A DNA stretch of 64,000 bases from Fibrobacteria bacterium. Its GTDB lineage: Bacteria; Fibrobacterota; Fibrobacteria; UBA11236. Shown piece by piece: positions 58,470-64,000 of this stretch. Position numbers and translations under genes: made by a program. The stretch is taken from positions 64,001-128,000 of the forward strand of contig JBGTHM010000005.1 of the NCBI GenBank assembly GCA_041746255.1, in the 5' to 3' direction. The notes beneath the pieces were generated by a model. The model did not search any database and was not told the DNA's origin. It saw only the letters and a list, made by a program, of their open reading frames with translations. How positions within the stretch are numbered: position 1 is the stretch's first letter; every line of letters starts with the position of its first letter.

Positions 58470-59750
58470 TCAATTGCGGGAAGGCGCTTTTCGATCCAAC
58501 CACGCGAGTAACCCCAGCAGAGGAAACATCAACGCAGGTAATAGAATCGCTGCCCTGAAAGTGGTCCGTGCGGCCGACTCCAAAACCGCCTGCATTTTAT
58601 CCCCGGATAGCGCTAAAGCGGCTTCTGCTCCTCCCGCAGCCTCGATAGTCGCCATATCGTAGACGCGGCCCATCCAGGGGACGGCGAAGAAAATCGCAAT
58701 CAGGCCGACCATACCCAGCATGGACATTGCCAGAGTGACGCTACGGGGAAAACGATCTGCCGCACAGGCGATGATGGTAGGCCAAAGGAGACTGACACCG
58801 GCGCCCCATAACCCAGCCCCTAAAAACCCGTACCCAGGCGAATTCGCCTCGCTAAGCACCGCTAGCCCCAATACCGCGAGGAAAGTCGACGCTGCGAGCA
58901 AGGCCATCGGGTGTATTCCACGCACCACTCCTGCGCCTAGCCTGGCAAGGGTCATGACCACACCGGTAAAAACCAGCAGCCAAATGCCCCTTATTCCCGC
59001 GGAATTGCTGAGGACCAAATCCATCCACTGACCGGGCGCGATTTCCGCCGCTCCCGCGAAAAAAATGAGTAATGCCCAGAGAAAAAAGGCCGGCGTGACG
59101 AGCTCCCGCCAACGGGCGCGGTGGGTTCGTTTATCCGTATGCTCGGCCATGGGAATAAACGCCATTCGACGGATCCACAACGACAACAATAAAGGCAGTG
59201 CCATGGTGGTGATGAGCTGTGCCTTCCAGTCCATGCCCGAATTCTGCAATACTACCGCCACCACACCTCCCACCACCAGCCCCATCGGCCAGGATGCATG
59301 CAGTAAGTTGATACGTTGTGCGCGGGCCTTGGGATAAAGTTCGGCTATTAGGGGGTTGATGGCGGATTCAATAATCCCGTTTGACCACCCGATTAGAAAC
59401 ATTCCCATCCACACCGCAATGAAGACACCCCAACCTTCCGCAAACACATCCGCTCCCAAAATCAAAAAGACTCCCACGACCATAATCGCTATCCCACCTT
59501 GAAAGGCCCGGCGGTATCCGATTGCGGGGAGGAAAGCGCCTGCCAAGGGGAAACAGAAAACCATGCCCAAAGCGCCGGCCGCCAATACTGAACCCAACAA
59601 TTCCGTGGCTCGCAATGCCGAAATGGGCTCGAATAGCTCTACTTTCAAAGGCAGCGCTATGGCACTTATGAGACTGAAGCGATAAGCGGTGGCGGCCAGC
59701 ATGAGCATGGCCATAATGAGTAAGGATACGCCGTGGGGCTTAGAACGCAT
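58470..59750 (-). CDS. MFS transporter
   Basis: About 12 TMs; NGIIESAINPLIAELYP, NLLHASWP, WPT motifs. Start ATG 59750 or TTG 59768. Confidence 0.8.
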   Translation of the reverse strand: MRSKPHGVSLLIMAMLMLAATAYRFSLISAIALPLKVELFEPISALRATELLGSVLAAGALGMVFCFPLAGAFLPAIGYRRAFQGGIAIMVVGVFLILGADVFAEGWGVFIAVWMGMFLIGWSNGIIESAINPLIAELYPKARAQRINLLHASWPMGLVVGGVVAVVLQNSGMDWKAQLITTMALPLLLSLWIRRMAFIPMAEHTDKRTHRARWRELVTPAFFLWALLIFFAGAAEIAPGQWMDLVLSNSAGIRGIWLLVFTGVVMTLARLGAGVVRGIHPMALLAASTFLAVLGLAVLSEANSPGYGFLGAGLWGAGVSLLWPTIIACAADRFPRSVTLAMSMLGMVGLIAIFFAVPWMGRVYDMATIEAAGGAEAALALSGDKMQAVLESAARTTFRAAILLPALMFPLLGLLAWLDRKAPSRN

Positions 59751-59795
59751 GCCGGGAATAATCGACAATTATTCCCGTCCGTGCAAGGTTCTGAT

Positions 59796-60290
59796 TTAAT
59801 CGGGCTTGGGGGCGTCGGGGAACAGCGAGTCGATTTGATCGGCCAATTGCTGCCCATGGGTGACGTCGGGCATCATGTCTTCCATCTCGTTTTCCCTGAC
59901 CATTTGCAGGGCTTCTCCCAATTTAACCTTGGCTTGACCCGCCACCATTTTGACCAGGCCGAGATTGGTACGATCATCAAATATCAGTACCATGATCACA
60001 TCTTCATCGACAAGCGATATGTGAATATTCTCCTTTTCCCCTTGATGGAACATCATGGAGAACTCCGACTCGCCGATAAGGGCCGCGATAGCCTTGGTGG
60101 ACGCGAAGGTTCCCGCGGCCAAAGCGGCCAAGCTGGTCACGTCGAAACGGGGATTGAAACCGACCTGGGCGATGAGGTTTCCGTCCTTGTTGATGAGCAA
60201 CACATAGCTGGAGGCGCTCTCGGTGATGAGATGGGAAAGGATCTTATTCAGCCTTTCCACGTCCTCCTTGAAGAGTACGAAATCTCCCAT
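59796..60290 (-). CDS. mglB: MglB-like roadblock/LC7 protein (GAP)
   Basis: LLINKDGNLIA, SLAALAAG, LIGESEF..MFHQGEKENIHIS, TNLGLVK, closely resembling Myxococcus MglB. Confidence 0.88.
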   Translation of the reverse strand: MGDFVLFKEDVERLNKILSHLITESASSYVLLINKDGNLIAQVGFNPRFDVTSLAALAAGTFASTKAIAALIGESEFSMMFHQGEKENIHISLVDEDVIMVLIFDDRTNLGLVKMVAGQAKVKLGEALQMVRENEMEDMMPDVTHGQQLADQIDSLFPDAPKPD

Positions 60291-60293
60291 CGC

Positions 60294-62015
60294 CTATTTC
60301 TCTTTTCCGAACAGCCCGCCGAACAGGCCCTTCTTCTTTTCGGAAGGAAGGGGGATGCGGCGCGTCTTGAAATCTCCCTGGCGTTGGTCTTCGTAGGTCG
60401 ACACGATGCCGCTTTGATCGGATCGCGGTGGGGGCTGAATAAAAGGAGAGGGTCGCGGCTGCTGTTCCGGCGGGGGATAATTCCCCTGCTGACCGCCGCC
60501 TGGACCGAATGGATTGGGATTGTCCTGCCGATTTTGCGGATTACCCTGCCCGGGTTGGGGACTGCCGAATGGAGACGGATTGAACCCGGCATTGTTTTGA
60601 CGATCCATGGTCGGTAAGGCAGGGCCTCCCGGTCCGGCCGGGGGAAATTTTGGAGGAAACCCTCCCGGGCCAGGGCCAGGGGGTTGACCGCCGGGGGATC
60701 CAAAAGGCGAGCCCTGCGGGGCTTGCGGTGGATACGGCCGTTGCGGTGCGGAACCTCCGAAGGGATTTTGCGGTGGCGAACCAAAGCCTCCCTGTTGCGG
60801 GGGAGAACCGAATCCTCCCTGTTGCGGCTGGGACCCGAACCCGCCTTGTTGGGGTGCGGAACCGAAACCATCTTGCTGCGGTGCGGAACCGAATCCGCCT
60901 GTTTGCGGTGGAGATCCGAAACCTCCCGGGGGACCTCCCGGAGCCGGACGCGGAGGCATGCCACCCGATCCGCCTGGATTGCCAAATCCTTCTACGAAGG
61001 GGGCGACGGGAATATTCGGATTCTGCCCGGAAAACCCTCCCGGCGGAGCAGGGGGTCGATTTCCCATTCCCGGATTCAAAAACGGTGAACCGGGCTGTGG
61101 CGGCGGAGCTGCGAAGGGATTGGAGGCCGGTTGCTGGCCACCGGGGGAACCGGAATGCCCCCCTTGGAGAAAGGGATTGGGCGACTGTTGCGAAGCGGGC
61201 TTAGGGGGTGCAGGAAAGCCGCTGTTTTGGGCAAAACCACCCTGGGCGGGAGCGCCGAATCCCGCTTGTCCCGGAAAAGATTGGCCGCCTTGCTGCGGAA
61301 AACCGGATTGCGGCGGCATGGCCTGCGGAGCCGGCCTGGCCGGTGGACTTTGTGGTGCGGAGGTTGGCGCCGGACGGCTTTGTCCCGGGCGCATTGCCGG
61401 TGGACGGCGGGTTCCGCCCTGGTATCCCGCGTACTTGGCGTTGAACCTGTCTATGACGGACTTGCCGATGGCTTTCAAAGTCGTGAAGACGCCGACACCC
61501 GTTGAAGCCACCGCTTCGAAGTAAGGCGATTGGTATTTGTTCAGAAAACTGCTGAGTTCCTCCACCGACATCACGTTAGGCAAATCACGCTTGTTGAACT
61601 GCAATACCATGGGAATAGTATCGAGAGAGTGACCGTATTCCCGAAGGTTCTCCTCAAGATTGGCGAAACTTTCCAGGTTCTCCTGCAGCTTATCGGCTTG
61701 CGAATCCGCAACGAACACCACTCCATCCACACCGCGCAGCACCAATTTGCGTGTGGCATTGTAATAAACCTGTCCTGGTACGGTATAGAGCTGGAATTTG
61801 GTGGAAAAGCCTTTGATGGAACCCAGATCAAGGGGGAGGAAATCGAAAAACAGGGTGCGATCGGTTTCCGTTGCGAGCGATACCATTTCGCTCTTTTCCT
61901 TGTTGGGAACCTTACGGTGGATGATCTGCAGATTGGTGGTCTTCCCGCTTAAACCGGGCCCATAATAGACAATCTTGCAGCTTATTTCTCGGGTAGCGTA
62001 ATTAATCGATGCCAC
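60294..62015 (-). CDS. mglA: MglA small GTPase fused to a ~380-aa low-complexity tail
   Basis: KIVYYGPGLSGKTTNL, TETDRTLFFDF, TVPGQ, NKRD; then a P/G/Q/F-rich tail ending KKKGLFGGLFGKEK. Confidence 0.92.
   Translation of the reverse strand: MASINYATREISCKIVYYGPGLSGKTTNLQIIHRKVPNKEKSEMVSLATETDRTLFFDFLPLDLGSIKGFSTKFQLYTVPGQVYYNATRKLVLRGVDGVVFVADSQADKLQENLESFANLEENLREYGHSLDTIPMVLQFNKRDLPNVMSVEELSSFLNKYQSPYFEAVASTGVGVFTTLKAIGKSVIDRFNAKYAGYQGGTRRPPAMRPGQSRPAPTSAPQSPPARPAPQAMPPQSGFPQQGGQSFPGQAGFGAPAQGGFAQNSGFPAPPKPASQQSPNPFLQGGHSGSPGGQQPASNPFAAPPPQPGSPFLNPGMGNRPPAPPGGFSGQNPNIPVAPFVEGFGNPGGSGGMPPRPAPGGPPGGFGSPPQTGGFGSAPQQDGFGSAPQQGGFGSQPQQGGFGSPPQQGGFGSPPQNPFGGSAPQRPYPPQAPQGSPFGSPGGQPPGPGPGGFPPKFPPAGPGGPALPTMDRQNNAGFNPSPFGSPQPGQGNPQNRQDNPNPFGPGGGQQGNYPPPEQQPRPSPFIQPPPRSDQSGIVSTYEDQRQGDFKTRRIPLPSEKKKGLFGGLFGKEK
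60768..60926 (-). repeat. Six 27-bp coding tandem repeats (GGFGSxPQQ)
   Basis: GGFGSPPQT GGFGSAPQQ DGFGSAPQQ GGFGSQPQQ GGFGSPPQQ GGFGSPPQ, with synonymous divergence between units. Confidence 0.9.
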
Positions 62016-62043
62016 AGCGTTATACCTCGTTTGCCAAATGCAA

Positions 62044-62379
62044 TTATTTGATTAGCGGCGCTACCTGCGCGATTTCGACACGTATCAATCCGGTATTAGC
62101 CTGACTTTCGGCCATTACCACCAGATACCCCAATTCCACGGCCTGTACAAAAAACTTTCCCTCGCTCGCTTCGATCATGGTCTGGATGAGTTTCCCCGAT
62201 TGGGAGGCCGCGATTATCTTATCGGCCATTTGTTGCGCCGAAACGATGAGCGCACCAATAAACTCCGAGGGAACGGGAGTTCGGAACAGGGAGACGATTT
62301 CTATCCCGTCCGCGCTTACCACGCTCGAACCCCTGATTCCCTTTATCTGATTAAGTCTTTCTAATATACTTGATATCAT
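62044..62379 (-). CDS. Roadblock/LC7 protein (MglC/MglB-like)
   Basis: L..LNQIKGIRGSSVVSADG, G.L.QTMIEASEG, ANTGLIR. Confidence 0.85.
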   Translation of the reverse strand: MISSILERLNQIKGIRGSSVVSADGIEIVSLFRTPVPSEFIGALIVSAQQMADKIIAASQSGKLIQTMIEASEGKFFVQAVELGYLVVMAESQANTGLIRVEIAQVAPLIK

Positions 62380-62385
62380 CGGATT

Positions 62386-62817
62386 TCAGCCTTTGGCATA
62401 TCCCTTCGCCTGCAGAAGTTGCGCGACAGCCTGTGCGCCGCGCTCGATTCTCAACTTAAATAATTCATAGCTACCTTTTGTCCCCGCAATCATGAGAAAA
62501 AAGCGGCAGCCTGCATCCAAATTTATGATCTGGTAGAACTTATTATCGCTAAATACGATCTGACTTTCCAGGGCTCCGAACCCTAAGTCCTTGAATTGCC
62601 TCAAATTGGCCAGATAGCGGTCTAAAAAATAGGGCGATTCAATGAGCATGCTTTCCTGCGTATTCTCTCCCATGGCAACCACCAAGCATTCCTGGCTGTA
62701 CACCACGGCCCCGTCCATGCCGTTTACCAGGCTTAAATAGCCCAGACAGGTATCCAGATCGTGGGAGTCGACCATATTGGCCGCTCCCCCGGTAGCGGGT
62801 GAATTCGGATTAGACAT
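62386..62817 (-). CDS. Divergent roadblock-like protein
   Basis: L..L..VNGMDGAVVYS.E.LVV, LGFGALESQIV; overlaps the upstream gene. Confidence 0.55.
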   Translation of the reverse strand: MSNPNSPATGGAANMVDSHDLDTCLGYLSLVNGMDGAVVYSQECLVVAMGENTQESMLIESPYFLDRYLANLRQFKDLGFGALESQIVFSDNKFYQIINLDAGCRFFLMIAGTKGSYELFKLRIERGAQAVAQLLQAKGYAKG

Positions 62818-63667
62818 GGGAAGATTCCGTTCCGGGAAGGGAGGTAGCTGCCTGGGTGCGCTCACGAAAGATTTTTTCCAGTCGCACGAGCGAAAGCTGC
62901 GCTTTTTGCAGATTCTCGGATATCAAAGCAACGCCATACTCTCCCCGGAACAAGCTGAAAAGCGTGAAACGTTCGAATTGCAAGACAATCCGATGAATGC
63001 CTCCGCCTTCCAAGTCCCACACCGCGGTGGATAAATCACCGGGTAAAATTTTATCCAGAACGTCAATCAATCCGTCAAGGTTTTCAGAAATACCGGCCTT
63101 CCGCCTGACCCCCGTTTTCTGGTTCCAACCGAAAAATTCCAGCGTTCCGGCCTCGTCCAAAAGCTGTCGGTACGCTTCGGGATCCAGCGGATCTTCCGAG
63201 GAGTGGGATGGCCCCTTGTCCAAGGCGTCGACAGGATTTTCCGTAGGCGAAGCGGCCGGGGAGATTACTTCAGAAACAGCGGAAGGGGTAGCGGGGGCAG
63301 CCTCCGAACGCGAGTTTTGATACTCCTCCCAAATCACCGCCTGTAACAAAGAGAGGTAACTGGCTTGATTCGGGTCGACTCTAAGCCGATGTAACAGCTG
63401 CTCTTTGGGTTCGTCGTACCGGCCCGACCGGGTTTGCATGAAAACTTCCATGCAGAACAATACCTCTTGCATTCCGGGTTCGGTTCGGGTCGGCAAGCCC
63501 GCCAATACGTGACGCGCCAAATCGATTTGGCCCGATTTAATCTGGGTATAGGCGTAAGCGAGAGTGCTGGAGGCCTGCAACCGGTTGCGGCAAACGGGGT
63601 TGTCATAGACGGTTTCGGCGACGGTCGCAACGCGGACCGCGGATATTCCCGGTTCCTTTACAGTCAT
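62810..63667 (-). CDS. TPR-like helical protein with C-terminal roadblock-like domain
   Basis: LAYAY...G..DLA..VL helices; P/A/S/E linker; C-terminal L.GGGIHRIVLQFE...VALIS pattern. Confidence 0.5.
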   Translation of the reverse strand: MTVKEPGISAVRVATVAETVYDNPVCRNRLQASSTLAYAYTQIKSGQIDLARHVLAGLPTRTEPGMQEVLFCMEVFMQTRSGRYDEPKEQLLHRLRVDPNQASYLSLLQAVIWEEYQNSRSEAAPATPSAVSEVISPAASPTENPVDALDKGPSHSSEDPLDPEAYRQLLDEAGTLEFFGWNQKTGVRRKAGISENLDGLIDVLDKILPGDLSTAVWDLEGGGIHRIVLQFERFTLFSLFRGEYGVALISENLQKAQLSLVRLEKIFRERTQAATSLPGTESSHV

Positions 63668-64000
63668 TTTATCGTGAATTCTCCCGTCTCATACTTCTCA
63701 TAGACAAAGTACCTTCCCCCGCGCTTTTTAAGTTCTTCTCTTGTCAATATTTTTTCCTTTTCCATTTCCAGCAAATCTTCGGGAAGCCTATCCCGCCGGG
63801 CCGCGAAATCGACCACGAATATTTCCACGTTTTCGGCCTGCAACCGCTGATGGATAACGGCCGAGTAATCCCCCGCTCCATCAGTGGCCAGAAAGCTCAT
63901 GGCCGCGAATCGGAAAAGCAAAGTCATCAGAAAAATAAGCGCCGCGGTACCCAGTAGCAGCGCGGTTTTCTGATCTTTTTCGGATTGGACCGAAACCGGC
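63664..64000 (-). CDS. Membrane-anchored hypothetical protein (3' part; start outside window)
   Basis: Frame open from 63999 (PVSVQSEKDQKTALLLGTAALIFLMTLLF...); ATGA overlap with the next gene. Confidence 0.6.
   Translation of the reverse strand, partial: PVSVQSEKDQKTALLLGTAALIFLMTLLFRFAAMSFLATDGAGDYSAVIHQRLQAENVEIFVVDFAARRDRLPEDLLEMEKEKILTREELKKRGGRYFVYEKYETGEFTIK

Noticed and set aside
53925..59750. tldD/pmbA with ABC and MFS transporters as a RiPP cluster
   Set aside because: No precursor peptide, YcaO or other maturase visible; TldD/E is widespread housekeeping.
60768..60926. 27-bp periodic repeats as a CRISPR array
   Set aside because: No unique spacers, in frame within mglA, variation mainly at third codon positions, no cas genes.
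59733..61524. Long alternative-frame ORFs over mglB/mglA
   Set aside because: Stop-poor shadows of GC-rich low-complexity coding sequence; no motifs.

Overview
Gene-dense bacterial chromosome segment with about 55 CDS and one ncRNA (rnpB). I saw no tRNA, rRNA, CRISPR array or recognisable mobile element. A TIGR02147-type regulator and secreted proteins with short C-terminal DxxG[RK] tails suggest a Fibrobacterota genome (inference). Core genes are lepA, trpB-trpA-chorismate mutase-tyrA-aroA-like-nadK-recN-pgsA-like, rnpB, tldD/pmbA, an Lhr helicase, an MltD-like transglycosylase and a cyclophilin. The most striking locus is at the right end: an expanded Mgl polarity operon. It holds up to four roadblock-type genes and an MglA GTPase with intact motifs fused to a ~380-aa Gly/Pro/Gln/Phe low-complexity tail, which contains six GGFGSxPQQ-type repeats, four NPF motifs and a terminal MinD-like amphipathic motif. 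Other highlights: a full-length AroA homologue that has lost almost all catalytic motifs; a PgsA with a degenerate tandem copy; a beta-barrel/diheme cytochrome/Rieske redox cluster beside an ECF sigma module; an AB+A+B DUF4349 lipoprotein operon; a probable ATT start codon; a histone-H1-like protein with a Cys4 finger; and two gene remnants. All family assignments come from motif recognition by eye; no database searches were run.
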